64,000 bases of DNA from Chthonomonadales bacterium (lineage in GTDB: Bacteria; Armatimonadota; Chthonomonadetes; Chthonomonadales; CAJBBX01). Every line of letters starts with the position of its first letter. Position 1 is the first letter of the stretch. Of the stretch, positions 1 through 9,442 are shown in pieces. Where the stretch lies: positions 1 through 64,000 of the forward strand of contig JBBIPC010000012.1 in the NCBI GenBank assembly GCA_037443035.1. The letters run 5' to 3'. The notes under the pieces were generated by a model. That model did no database searches. It was not told where the DNA came from and saw only the letters and a program-made list of their open reading frames with translations. The translations under genes were made by a program, and so were the position numbers.

Positions 1-106
1 TGGCCTCGGGATCGCCGGGCGGAACGAGGATGCCGGTTGCCTGATCAGGATCGTAGAATGGATGTTCGGGACAGAACGCGGGAGCAGGGCTACGCGTACC
101 AGCCAT
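1..106 (-). pseudogene. Probable C-terminal remnant of a GT4 glycosyltransferase (runs off the window edge)
   Basis: The minus-strand frame from ATG at 106 reads MAGTRSPAPAFCPEHPFYDPDQATGILVPPGDPEA. TGILVPPGD is typical of the C-terminal part of GT4 enzymes, but there is no room for an N-terminal domain after the wzt stop at 185. Confidence 0.4.
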
Positions 107-184
107 ATAGGGGCGACGCCGCGAACATCGACGCCCCTGCCGTGTCAACAATGCATGAACTCTACCAAGCGTAGCGCTCGTCTC

Positions 185-1507
185 TTAGCCTCTTTCGAGC
201 AACTGAGAGCTTTCGTCTCCAGGATCCATCCTGAGTGTTGTCCACCCTGGCTCGTACCGCACCACGCTTGGCCAAGTGATCCCCCGCCGATCGAGAAGAG
301 CTCCGGTCATCCCGAAGGTGATGCGCAGGGCTATCCCACGATAGTCCAGCACACCCTTGGTCGGATCGACCAGCGACGGGCGTAGTCCGTAAGTGCCCGG
401 CCTCAGGAAGCCAGCAGGGACGGTAAGCACCGCTCGGTACCTTCCACGCTGCCGGTTACCGTATATGTGGGTGTCGGCGTCGTAGCGCCACCACACGTCG
501 CCGCCGTCGAGGTCTATGAAGCCGCATGTAACGTACGCGTCTCGGTTTGAACGGTTCACCGCATAGTCTATCTCGATGACGAAATCCTCTGTCACGGGGA
601 CCTTGGCTCCCAGTATGGAACCATCGCCGCCGACTGCGCGTATCGCGAGCAATGTCATATCGCGATCATGCCGCGGCTCGAAGGTCACTTCCGCCGGTCC
701 GGCCCCTACATCCGGCTGGTCGCTCACGGCGAAGCGCTCGTGATACGCCCGGATCATTGGCTGTGGACTGCCGTCTCCGACCCATTGGCCCGAGTGTATC
801 AGACCGACGCGTGAACACAGAGTTGATACCGAAGCCATATTATGACTCACAAACAACACCGTTCTCCCCTCGCCGGCCACCTCGCCCATCTTCCCCAGGC
901 ATTTCTTCTGGAAGGCGGCGTCGCCGACGGCGAGGACCTCGTCCACGATGAGGATCTCGGGGTCGAGGTGGGCGGCGACGGCGAAGGCGAGGCGGACGTA
1001 CATGCCGCTGGAGTAGCGCTTGACGGGAGTGTCGATGAACTGCTCGACTTCGGAGAAAGCGATGATTTCGTCGAGTTTCCTCGTCACCTCCCGGCGGCTC
1101 ATGCCGAGGATGGCCCCATTGAGGTAGATATTCTCGCGCCCGGTCAGCTCTGGGTGAAAACCTGTTCCCACTTCGAGTAGGCTGCCGATGCGCCCTTTGA
1201 TCTTGACGATACCCTCGGTCGGGGCCGTGATGCGAGAGAGGATCTTGAGCAGAGTGCTCTTGCCTGCGCCGTTGCGGCCGATGATGCCCAGGATCTCCCC
1301 TTGCTTGACTTCGAAACTTACATCCTTCAAGGCCCAGAACCGCTCGCCAATGCGCGGCTTATGCCCGTCGGTACCGACCTTCGCCAGCGGGTCTTCCTTG
1401 CCGCGCTTGAGCGCCCACCACCGGGAGATCTCCTCGCGCAGCGTCGCCCCGCCGATCATGCCGAGGCGGTATTGTTTGGAGAGGTGTTCGACGCGGATGA
1501 CGGTCAT
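185..1507 (-). CDS. wzt: Polysaccharide ABC exporter ATP-binding protein with C-terminal Wzt-C-like domain
   Basis: Walker A GRNGAGKS, YSSGM signature, ILIVDEVLAVGD Walker B, LLEVGTGFHPELTGREN motif; lies downstream of wzm. Confidence 0.93.
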   Translation of the reverse strand: MTVIRVEHLSKQYRLGMIGGATLREEISRWWALKRGKEDPLAKVGTDGHKPRIGERFWALKDVSFEVKQGEILGIIGRNGAGKSTLLKILSRITAPTEGIVKIKGRIGSLLEVGTGFHPELTGRENIYLNGAILGMSRREVTRKLDEIIAFSEVEQFIDTPVKRYSSGMYVRLAFAVAAHLDPEILIVDEVLAVGDAAFQKKCLGKMGEVAGEGRTVLFVSHNMASVSTLCSRVGLIHSGQWVGDGSPQPMIRAYHERFAVSDQPDVGAGPAEVTFEPRHDRDMTLLAIRAVGGDGSILGAKVPVTEDFVIEIDYAVNRSNRDAYVTCGFIDLDGGDVWWRYDADTHIYGNRQRGRYRAVLTVPAGFLRPGTYGLRPSLVDPTKGVLDYRGIALRITFGMTGALLDRRGITWPSVVRYEPGWTTLRMDPGDESSQLLERG

Positions 1508-1510
1508 GAT

Positions 1511-1608
1511 AGCTGAGGGCTGAGGGCTGAGGGCTGAGAGCGGTCGGAAGCGGAGAGCTGACGGCTGACAGCTGAGAGCGGTCGGAAGCGGAGCGCCGAG
1601 GGCGGAGT
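1511..1608. repeat. Heptamer tandem array GCTGAGG/GCTGAGA with a duplicated GCTGAGAGCGGTCGGAAGCGGAG unit
   Basis: GCTGAGG x3 (1512-1532), GCTGAGA, a spacer, GCTGACG GCTGACA GCTGAGA, the same spacer, then GCCGAGG. Confidence 0.9.
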
Positions 1609-1615
1609 GGACATG

Positions 1616-1990
1616 CTAGGGCGACAGCCTGCTTCGGCGCAAGGCTGACAGCATACGAGCGATGGTCTCTGCCTGTGAGCGCAGTTGGTCGTGATCATCG
1701 TGTCTCATATACCCCAGATTCCGGGCGATGGTAGCCTGACACATCGTCTCCATGAGCGAGCCGTAGGCTATCTCCATGAACCGGGCGAAGTCCGCCGAAG
1801 TGTAGCGCCCCACCCCCTCGGCGATGTTGGAGGCAACCGAGACTGCCGCTCGGCGCACTTGTGCCTGCAGGCCGAACCGTTCGGTTTCCCGAAACGCTGC
1901 GCTCACTATGTAGATGCTTTGAGCCCACTCGATCGCCTTCTACCATACATCCAGCCTTTCATGTCGAAACCCCGCCGCCTCCTCGTCCAT
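1616..1990 (-). pseudogene. Four-helix-bundle protein (23S rRNA IVP / Avd-like family) with an in-frame TAG at codon 17
   Basis: From ATG 1990 (GGAG RBS upstream) the frame reads MDEEAAGFRHERLDVW*KAIEWAQSIY...ERFGLQAQVRRAAVSVASNIAEG...IAYGSLME. The family motifs LxVWQKA, QxRRAAxSxxxNIAEG and GSxxE are present; TAG at 1940-1942 replaces the expected Gln. Confidence 0.85.
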
Positions 1991-1996
1991 GTGCTC

Positions 1997-2022
1997 CAGC
2001 CCTCAGCTCTCAGCCCTCAGCT
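1997..2022. repeat. Heptamer array (CCTCAGC/TCTCAGC), inverted relative to 1511-1536
   Basis: CAGC CCTCAGC TCTCAGC CCTCAGC T is the reverse complement of 1511-1536 at 25 of 26 positions. Confidence 0.9.
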
Positions 2023-2918
2023 CACACGGTATCCATAAACGTCCTCTCCACTCGGTGGAACAGGACGAGTCCCACGAAGAGGAGGACGGTGGCGCAGGCG
2101 GCGCTGTAGAGGAGCCAGGTCGGGTTGAAGGTGCCGGCGCCGAGGAAGGCGTAGCGGAAGGTCTCCATGATAGGCGACAGAGGATTCCACTTTGCGATCC
2201 AGCGCCAGCCTTCGGGCACGAGCGAGGTCGGGTAGATGACGGGCGTGGCGTACATGAGAAGCTGGACGCCGAAGCCGACAAGGAATGAGAGATCGCGGTA
2301 ACGGGTCGTTGCTGACGAGACAATGATGCCGCCTCCGAGGCCAAACATGGCCAGAAGCAGCAATAGCGCAGGCGTGAGCAGAACCGCGGCGTTTGGCTCG
2401 ACCTTCGCCCCGCGGAAGGCGAAGATGCCGAGGAAGATCAGGAAGAAGACGAACTGAATGCCGAATTTGACGAAGTGCGAGATGACAGTGGCGACCGGGA
2501 TGGCTAGCCTCGAAAAGTAGACCTTGCCGAACAGGCCAGCGTTACCCGTGAAGGTCGCGGAGGTTGCCACCAAGCAACCCGCATAGAAGGCCCACACGAC
2601 CGTACCGATCATGTAGAAGAGGAACTGCGGGGCGCCGTCCGTCGGCAGCCGAGCGATCTTGCCGAAGACGATGTTGTAGGCGAATGTTGTAATCAACGGC
2701 GTGATGAGGTGCCAAGCCGGACCGAACACCGTCTGCTTGTAGAGCGCTACGAAGTCGCGCCAGACGAACAGCATGATCAGGTCACGGTAGCGCCATAACT
2801 CGCCGAGATGCAGGTTCAGCAGACCTTCGTGGGGCTTGATGACGCTGGTCCAGCCTCCCTCGTCAGGACCGAGTTCGGGAACGGTCAGGATCTCCTGCGG
2901 CGCTTCTAGCGTAGTCAA
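2022..2918 (-). CDS. wzm: Polysaccharide ABC exporter permease
   Basis: ELWRYRDLI...RDF...YKQT..G..W, KVYF.RL, RYRD, TPVIYP and NPL motifs; multiple TM segments; TTG start overlaps the upstream stop. Confidence 0.92.
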   Translation of the reverse strand: MTTLEAPQEILTVPELGPDEGGWTSVIKPHEGLLNLHLGELWRYRDLIMLFVWRDFVALYKQTVFGPAWHLITPLITTFAYNIVFGKIARLPTDGAPQFLFYMIGTVVWAFYAGCLVATSATFTGNAGLFGKVYFSRLAIPVATVISHFVKFGIQFVFFLIFLGIFAFRGAKVEPNAAVLLTPALLLLLAMFGLGGGIIVSSATTRYRDLSFLVGFGVQLLMYATPVIYPTSLVPEGWRWIAKWNPLSPIMETFRYAFLGAGTFNPTWLLYSAACATVLLFVGLVLFHRVERTFMDTV

Positions 2919-3883
2919 AGCAGACTCCCCAGCTCCTCTACGCTTACCGTCGCCGTTCCCATCTTGCGGACGACGGCGCCGCCGGCGACGTTGGCCAGGG
3001 TGGCGGCTTCGGGCAGGCTTGCGCCAGCGGCGACTGCGAGGGTCAGGGCGCTGAGGACTGTGTCGCCTGCGCCCACGACGTCGAAGACCTCCACCGGTAT
3101 GGCTGATATCATCAGGACCTCGTTGTTACCTCGAGCCAGGACAAGGCCATCTCCGCCGCGAGTGATGATTAGCCCTTCTACGTCCAGCTCGGAGCGAAGC
3201 TCGGTAGCCGCTTCGGCAATCTCCCCCTTGTCCGCAAGCGAGCGGCCGAGCACACGCTCTGCTTCATGTACGTTCAAGGTCAGGACCATTGCTCCCGCGA
3301 ACCGCCGTATATTGGAGGGTTTGGGGTTGGCGAGGCATGGGGTCTTTCGGTGCTGACAGAGGACAACTGCATCCTCGGCTATGCTAGTCCTGTATACGCC
3401 CTTGTCGTAGTCGGACAGCGCAACGGCATCCGCTCCATCCTCGATGTGCTCTCGGAGCACCTCCCGCATGCGTCGGTACGTCGCTGGTTGGAGCGGTTCA
3501 CGGCTCTCCCGGTCCACGCGCACAACCTGCTGTTGGTGGGCGACGATACGTGTCTTCAGCGTCGTAGGCCTGCCTTGTTCCACGACGAGCCCTTCCGTAC
3601 CGATGCCAGCATCCATCATCATCTGGGTCAGTACATCGCCGGCGTGGTCGTCCCCAATGACGCCGATGAGGGCGACACGCGCACCGAGAGCACGGAGATT
3701 GCGTGCGACGTTGGCAGCCCCGCCGGGCACGTGGCGGTGTCGGTCGAGGTCCGCTTCGACAATAGGCACGGGGGCTTCCGGCGAGATCCTGGTGACGGTG
3801 CCGAAGACGTACTCGTCCAGCATGACATCGCCACAGACCACAACCCTATGCCCCTCCAGGCGGTTCAGAAGCGAGGCTAGCAT
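2915..3883 (-). CDS. rfaE1: D-glycero-beta-D-manno-heptose-7-phosphate kinase (RfaE/HldE kinase domain, PfkB family)
   Basis: GDVMLDEY..G...RISPEAPVP, GGAANVA, SDYDKG and DVVGAGDT motifs. Confidence 0.9.
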   Translation of the reverse strand: MLASLLNRLEGHRVVVCGDVMLDEYVFGTVTRISPEAPVPIVEADLDRHRHVPGGAANVARNLRALGARVALIGVIGDDHAGDVLTQMMMDAGIGTEGLVVEQGRPTTLKTRIVAHQQQVVRVDRESREPLQPATYRRMREVLREHIEDGADAVALSDYDKGVYRTSIAEDAVVLCQHRKTPCLANPKPSNIRRFAGAMVLTLNVHEAERVLGRSLADKGEIAEAATELRSELDVEGLIITRGGDGLVLARGNNEVLMISAIPVEVFDVVGAGDTVLSALTLAVAAGASLPEAATLANVAGGAVVRKMGTATVSVEELGSLL

Positions 3884-5007
3884 GCTGCTGCGTTCCGTGC
3901 GGGTGTCCCGCGCGCGTTCTGACGGTGCGCATCCACTGCCTGCGCAATGACACTGGCCATGCGTTCCTTGAAGCGCTCTGCATCGAACTGACGTGCGTGA
4001 GCCGCTATAGCATCATGATAGAAGGTCATGGTCTCGAAGCGGTGGATGGCTTCACACAGTGCATCCACGGATTGTGGTGAGAACAGTATACCCGTGACGC
4101 CATCTACCTGCGTATCGAGGGCGCCGCCTGCTGCGTAGGCGATGACAGGCCTGCCGCACGCATTGGCTTCCACGGGTGCGATGCCGAAATCCTCTTCTCC
4201 TGGCATGAGAAACGCCTTGGCAGCTCCCATGAGACGCGGCAGCTCGGCGTTGTCCACCCAGCCCAGAAACTCCACCGTCGGACCCGCCAACTTTTTGAGC
4301 GCCTTGGCTTGCCTGCCTGTGCCAACTACCTTCAGCGGCCTGCTCAGTTTCGTGAGCGCTTCCACGGCCAGGTCTATGCGTTTGTAAGGCACGAAGCGGG
4401 ACACAGCGATGTAGTAGTTACCGCCATCTCGACTCAGCATGAACCGTGCCGTATCCACAGGAGGTGGAACGACGACAGCTTCGCGACGGTAGAACTTGGC
4501 GATTCGCTGCCGGACCACCGATGAGTTCGCCACGTAATAGTCGACCCTGGCGGCCGAGACCTGATCCCAAAGGCGCAGGTAGTGCAGCACCGGTCCCATG
4601 GCACCCCGGAATCGCGATTCGCGCTCTCCTTTGAGGTACGTGTCGGTCATCCACGCATACCGCATGGGAGCGTGCATGTAGCAAATGTGCACCGTGTGCG
4701 GCAGCGTGATCACGCCCTTGGCGAACGCCGACGACGAGCTAATGACTAGATCGTAGCTGCTAAGATCGAAACGCTCGAATGCCCCGGGGTAAAACGGCAG
4801 CATGCACCGGTGGAGTCGTCTTCGCGCAGGCCAGCGTTGGAGGCGAGATGTGCGAATATCCCACTCGCGATAGGCTGCGGGCATGGCCCGAGGATCGTAC
4901 ACCGAGGTGTATACTGGCGCCTCGGGGAACATGTCGTGAAGAGCCTCCAGGACCTTCTCAGCCCCTCCCATCTGGACCAAGAAGTCATGAATGAGGGCTA
5001 CACGCAC
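3877..5007 (-). CDS. GT4 family glycosyltransferase
   Basis: HDFLVQMGGAEKV, SRFVPYKRIDL and EEDFGIAPVEANACGRPVIA motifs. Confidence 0.92.
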   Translation of the reverse strand: MRVALIHDFLVQMGGAEKVLEALHDMFPEAPVYTSVYDPRAMPAAYREWDIRTSRLQRWPARRRLHRCMLPFYPGAFERFDLSSYDLVISSSSAFAKGVITLPHTVHICYMHAPMRYAWMTDTYLKGERESRFRGAMGPVLHYLRLWDQVSAARVDYYVANSSVVRQRIAKFYRREAVVVPPPVDTARFMLSRDGGNYYIAVSRFVPYKRIDLAVEALTKLSRPLKVVGTGRQAKALKKLAGPTVEFLGWVDNAELPRLMGAAKAFLMPGEEDFGIAPVEANACGRPVIAYAAGGALDTQVDGVTGILFSPQSVDALCEAIHRFETMTFYHDAIAAHARQFDAERFKERMASVIAQAVDAHRQNARGTPARNAAAC

Positions 5008-5113
5008 ACGTAGTCACCCCGCGTAGACGGACGCAGGAGTCGTACGAGGTCCCCCTCGCGGTCAGCGCGAGGCGAACCGTAGCTCGGCCGAATAACTCCT
5101 CCGCGCGCCATAC

Positions 5114-6277
5114 CTACCAGAGGAATGGCAGGCCGATATATCGCCACATGTAGATCGTGCTGAAGGTGTCGCTCAGCGTCAGACCGCGACGTCCGCGTTC
5201 TGGAATGAAGAGGATGTCCTCTGGTTCCATGGTCAGGTTGTAGACCATGTTGCTCTTCTTCAGGAGCGCGTTGAGGTCCAGCTTGATCATCTCCGGCTTC
5301 CCGGATCGAGACCGGATGATACCCGCGTTGCGCAGATCGGCCATAGGCGTCTGCCCGCCGGCTCTTCCCAGCGCTTCCAGTACCGTTACCTTCTTCTTTT
5401 CGGGGATCGTGTAGTAACCGGGTCTGGCTACCATCCCCATGACGGCGAACTGCTCCTCGATCTCGGGAATGTAGAGGATATCGCCCGCCTGTATCTTGAA
5501 GCTCTCTATGTACGGATCGTGCTTGCCTTCGATGAGGAGGGGCCGGAGATTCAGAGGAATCTCCTTTCCGTTGCGCAGGACGTAGGCACGAGAAAGCCCA
5601 GCCTTCTCCGTGGGATTGCCTGCCTGCGTGATGATGTCGAGCAGTGACATATCCTCGGATATCTCGATCGTTCCCGGACGGTTGACCTGTCCGAGAACGT
5701 TGATCAGGAGCTGCGCGCGCTCCACCTCATCGAGTATTACCAGGTCGTTGCGTTGCAGGTTGATGTTTGCTGCCGACTTCGGATCCTGCATCGCGGCCGC
5801 GACGTCCAGGTTGATGACCTCCGAGCGGCCGCGGATGAGACGGCCAGTGACGCGCGACGGCTTCGTTGCGAGACCGCCCGCAGCAGCGATGAGATCCATC
5901 AGCTTCCATGTGCCACGCATGAAGAAGACTCCGCCCGCTCGGACGGGTCCAAGAATGCTGACGCGATTCGCTCGCATCTCGCGTACCATGACGAGAACCT
6001 GCACGTTGTTCAGCGTCTTCTCGAGCCCGGTCTTGATGTCTTCGGCAAGTTGATTGGCAGTCTTGCCAGCTGCCACCACCTCTCCCACACGGGGGAAGGT
6101 GATACGGCCATCTGGCATGATCGTCACCACACGCTCCAACCCGGTGTGACTCGGAACAGCGATTTCGATGACGTCATCAGGACCGAGGACGTACTCGGGA
6201 TCAACGTCAGGCTTGACCTGCCCAAGTGCGGGCATGATCAACATGAAGCTGGCGACGATGCTCCACAGGGTCCTCAT
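5114..6277 (-). CDS. wza: Polysaccharide export protein (Wza/Poly_export domain plus SLBB repeats)
   Basis: Signal peptide, YVLGPDDVIEI...PDGRITFP..G, three SLBB-like repeats (V.G.V..PG...L..AGG). Confidence 0.85.
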   Translation of the reverse strand: MRTLWSIVASFMLIMPALGQVKPDVDPEYVLGPDDVIEIAVPSHTGLERVVTIMPDGRITFPRVGEVVAAGKTANQLAEDIKTGLEKTLNNVQVLVMVREMRANRVSILGPVRAGGVFFMRGTWKLMDLIAAAGGLATKPSRVTGRLIRGRSEVINLDVAAAMQDPKSAANINLQRNDLVILDEVERAQLLINVLGQVNRPGTIEISEDMSLLDIITQAGNPTEKAGLSRAYVLRNGKEIPLNLRPLLIEGKHDPYIESFKIQAGDILYIPEIEEQFAVMGMVARPGYYTIPEKKKVTVLEALGRAGGQTPMADLRNAGIIRSRSGKPEMIKLDLNALLKKSNMVYNLTMEPEDILFIPERGRRGLTLSDTFSTIYMWRYIGLPFLW

Positions 6278-8532
6278 GCGCTCTGCTCCTTATCCTCGTC
6301 CGGAACGATCGCCGTCGTGTCGGCCTCTGCTTCGTCGCCACCCACGGAGGTCTCACCAGCACTCGTCTGCGACTCACGCGCCGCGAGCATGGCTTCATAC
6401 TCGGCATGGCGGCTCCTGCGGCGACGCTCCGTCGGAGCTCCCTCGATCTTGGGGCGATAGTCGTAGTAACGATAGTACCGATAGTAACCATAGTAATAGT
6501 AATCGTCTCGGATGCCGGTCAGCGTGATCTTGTTGAAGACTATCCCAATGATGTTGGCGTGCGCTTGCGCCATGAGATCATTCGCGTGACGAATCGCTGA
6601 CTTCCGTGCCTCGCCAAACTGGACTACATAGAGGACACCGTCCACGTCTGCAGACAGGACCTGGGCATCCGCCGACGCCAGAAATGGCGGACTGTCGTAG
6701 ATAACCACATCGGCTCGCTCACGAAGCTGGGCATGGAGCTGTCGCATGGCCGGTGAGTTCAGCAACTCTGCAGGGTTAGGCGGAAGGGGACCAGTTGCAA
6801 GGACCCGCAGACCCGGCACGGCAGTCTCCTGGAGAGCATCATCTAGCGATGTGTTCCCCACTAGTACGTTCGTGAGCCCCGGGCGTTGCGAAACTTCGAA
6901 CTTCTCGTGAAGAGTAGGCCGCCGGAGATCCGTATCCACGGCGATGACACTCCTCCCATCCAGCGCCATGGCGACTGCCAGGTTCGATACTGTCAAGGAC
7001 TTGCCCTCTCCCGGCACGGTACTGGTAACAAGGAGAGACGTGCTCTCGGCCCCGACTGTTGCAAACCGGACGTTCGTCCGGAGTACCCTATAGCTCTCGA
7101 GGAGTGACCCACCATGGGATTGCCGAATGAGCCGAGCCTTGCTCTCTTCCACTAGCGGTACAAAGCCCAGGACCGGCGCGCCCATGATGCGTCGAGCGTC
7201 CTCGGGCATGTTGACGCGATCGTCCAAGTACTCCTGCAGTAGCGCAAGACAAATGCCGACTAGCAGACCCACCACGGCAGCATAGATCAGGTTGCTGGCA
7301 GTATTCGGCGCAACCTTCCACGCCACTCGTGGCGCACTGATGACGCGCACCGGATCCGGAGCTGCCTTGGCCCGGACGCTCAAATCATCTATATTGCTAC
7401 TGAACTGCGTGATCGCTTGTTTGTGGCGTTCAGCTTCTGCCTCCAACTTCGCCTGGCGGACGTCTTGTTCGCTGATATTCGCCAATCTTGCGTTCACCCT
7501 GGCCGCGTTATCTCGCGCACCTGCCAGCTCGAGCTGGGCAGCAAGGACATCGCGCTTCGCAGCAGCGATCTGCGCCTCCAGCGCGACAAGCTCCGGGTTC
7601 CGGATCCGCTTTGTCGTGGTGACCGTGCTCGGAAGCTCCCGCGCACGATCTTCCATCGCCTTGATTCGTGCGTCCAGTTCCTGCACCTCTGGTGCTGCTG
7701 GCTTGTACAGCACGAGAAGCCCTCGGCGTTGTGTCTGGAGTGCTGCGATGGCTTCCTCGTTCCGCGCGATTTCAGGATTCGTGATTGTCTCTTTTTCGTC
7801 CGTCCACTCCGGCATGGACTTGCGCTGCGCCGTGAGTGCGTCGAGCATCGCGCGCGTGGTCTGAACCCTGACTTCTGCCTTCCGAATGTCCACGACCGCC
7901 TGCGATTGTAGTTCGACCAGGCTTTTCGTGCCTTCCGTCACGTTGTACACCTTCGATATCTGCCGCAGTTGCTGCAACTCCGCCTGTACCGAGCGCAGCT
8001 TGGCCATCTCCTCCGCCACGCGTTCCTTCATGAACTCGATAGCATTGTTGATCTCTTCCTTGCGGTTCCAGGTCACATTCTTCACGTAGACTCGTGGGAG
8101 CACGTCGAGGAATCGCCGGGCTGCATCGGGGTTCTCGGACTCCGCGGCCACATCCAGTACATTGGTCTGACCAGCCTGGGTGACATAAAGAGTCACCGTT
8201 CCTGGGGGCACACCGGATTCCTTGTACGCGGCAGTCATCACACCTTCGCTGCGTATCACTTCGATCTGGGTGTCTATACTGCCCACATTGCTCTGCATAA
8301 AGAACTGGCTCAACACGGGATCTCCCGCATAGGGGCCATAGCCGGTGGGAGCGGTATCCACGAGCATGCGCGTCGTAGACCGGTACACGGGTTGTGTCCG
8401 AAACGTCACGATCGCGCCGATCGCGAAGATGACCAACGCTGTGATAACGATGACGAACTTCCGACGCCGCAGGATATTGAGGTAATCCCGCAGTGAGATC
8501 TCAGTGCTAGCCCAGGTGGTGGTCGTTTGCAT
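6274..8532 (-). CDS. wzc: Polysaccharide co-polymerase / tyrosine autokinase (Wzc/GumC)
   Basis: Two TM segments flank a coiled-coil. Also ESYRVLRTN, Walker A PGEGKS, DTDLRRP, DSPP and a C-terminal Tyr cluster YYYYGYYRYYRYYDY. Confidence 0.92.
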   Translation of the reverse strand: MQTTTTWASTEISLRDYLNILRRRKFVIVITALVIFAIGAIVTFRTQPVYRSTTRMLVDTAPTGYGPYAGDPVLSQFFMQSNVGSIDTQIEVIRSEGVMTAAYKESGVPPGTVTLYVTQAGQTNVLDVAAESENPDAARRFLDVLPRVYVKNVTWNRKEEINNAIEFMKERVAEEMAKLRSVQAELQQLRQISKVYNVTEGTKSLVELQSQAVVDIRKAEVRVQTTRAMLDALTAQRKSMPEWTDEKETITNPEIARNEEAIAALQTQRRGLLVLYKPAAPEVQELDARIKAMEDRARELPSTVTTTKRIRNPELVALEAQIAAAKRDVLAAQLELAGARDNAARVNARLANISEQDVRQAKLEAEAERHKQAITQFSSNIDDLSVRAKAAPDPVRVISAPRVAWKVAPNTASNLIYAAVVGLLVGICLALLQEYLDDRVNMPEDARRIMGAPVLGFVPLVEESKARLIRQSHGGSLLESYRVLRTNVRFATVGAESTSLLVTSTVPGEGKSLTVSNLAVAMALDGRSVIAVDTDLRRPTLHEKFEVSQRPGLTNVLVGNTSLDDALQETAVPGLRVLATGPLPPNPAELLNSPAMRQLHAQLRERADVVIYDSPPFLASADAQVLSADVDGVLYVVQFGEARKSAIRHANDLMAQAHANIIGIVFNKITLTGIRDDYYYYGYYRYYRYYDYRPKIEGAPTERRRRSRHAEYEAMLAARESQTSAGETSVGGDEAEADTTAIVPDEDKEQSA

Positions 8533-8613
8533 AGTATGCCGTCAGCCCTTTCGCTTCACGGACGGAGAAGATTGCGATGGGCGCAGTCTACCACAGGTCA
8601 GCGTGACCCTGCG

Positions 8614-9348
8614 TCAACAAGCTCCACGACAGGTCAGCACCGCCGGGATGGTGCGCAAGAGTATGCACAAGTCGAGCCAGTAGCCTCGGCGTCGAATGTA
8701 CTCCAGGTCGAGCTGAACCTGCTTGGCGAAGCACAGCTTGCTCCGCCCTTGGACCTGCCATAGGCAGGTGATGCCCGGTTTCACGCTCAGCCGCAGGTAC
8801 GCTCCATCCGTGTACTTCTCCACTTCTGACGGTAGAGGCGGCCTCGGTCCCACGAGGCTCATCTCCCCGCGCAGGACGTTGTACAGTTGAGGCAGCTCGT
8901 CGAGGCTAGTCCTCCGCAGTACCCGCCCGACCGGCGTAACGCGAGGGTCGCGCTCATTCTTGAAAGTAGGTCCGCCGGTCGTGTTCAGCGGCATCACCTC
9001 ATCGAGCATCGCTTCGGCACCGTCCACCATCGAACGAAACTTGTAGAAAGTGAATGGACGTCCTCCCAGTCCCACGCGCGTCTGACGGTAGATGGCTGGC
9101 CCCTTCGAAGTCAGCTTCACAAGCAGGTAGATGAGAAGAAAGAGCCACGATAGCAGCGCCATCAGCAGCACGCTTACGACAATATCAGTGACTCGTTTGG
9201 CGAACCGGTAGAGCGGCGGATCGGCTTCCACTTCCACCACGATCATCGCCATGTCCCGCTCTTCGCGCCGAATATCCTTCTCCGTGGAGATGGAGGGATC
9301 GTCCGCAATCGTCATCGTTGAGGTAACCGGTAGTCTCTGCTGTCCCAT
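8614..9348 (-). CDS. Polyprenyl-phosphate sugar (priming) transferase, Bac_transf family
   Basis: KRVTDI, FYKFRSM, DPRVTPVGRVLRRTSLDELPQLYNVLRGEMSLVGPRP and KPGIT..WQV motifs. Start placed at ATG 9348 (GGAG RBS) because a consensus promoter lies inside the longer ORF. Confidence 0.9.
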   Translation of the reverse strand: MGQQRLPVTSTMTIADDPSISTEKDIRREERDMAMIVVEVEADPPLYRFAKRVTDIVVSVLLMALLSWLFLLIYLLVKLTSKGPAIYRQTRVGLGGRPFTFYKFRSMVDGAEAMLDEVMPLNTTGGPTFKNERDPRVTPVGRVLRRTSLDELPQLYNVLRGEMSLVGPRPPLPSEVEKYTDGAYLRLSVKPGITCLWQVQGRSKLCFAKQVQLDLEYIRRRGYWLDLCILLRTIPAVLTCRGAC

Positions 9349-9442
9349 GGCTGCTCCGCTTCGTGCACCGCCATCCCTGCTGCCAGCAGCGTCTGGCTCG
9401 CGCGCGATCATCTCGTACGATGCCCCGAATGTGTCTTTCACT

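Noticed and set aside
1511..2022. CRISPR array or diversity-generating retroelement
   Set aside because: The repeats are 7-mers without unique spacers. No cas gene, reverse transcriptase or TR/VR pair is visible in the window.
9362..9375. ops/JUMPstart element in the polysaccharide operon leader (GGCGGTGCACG)
   Set aside because: Only a partial match to GGCGGTAG, which is expected by chance in GC-rich DNA.
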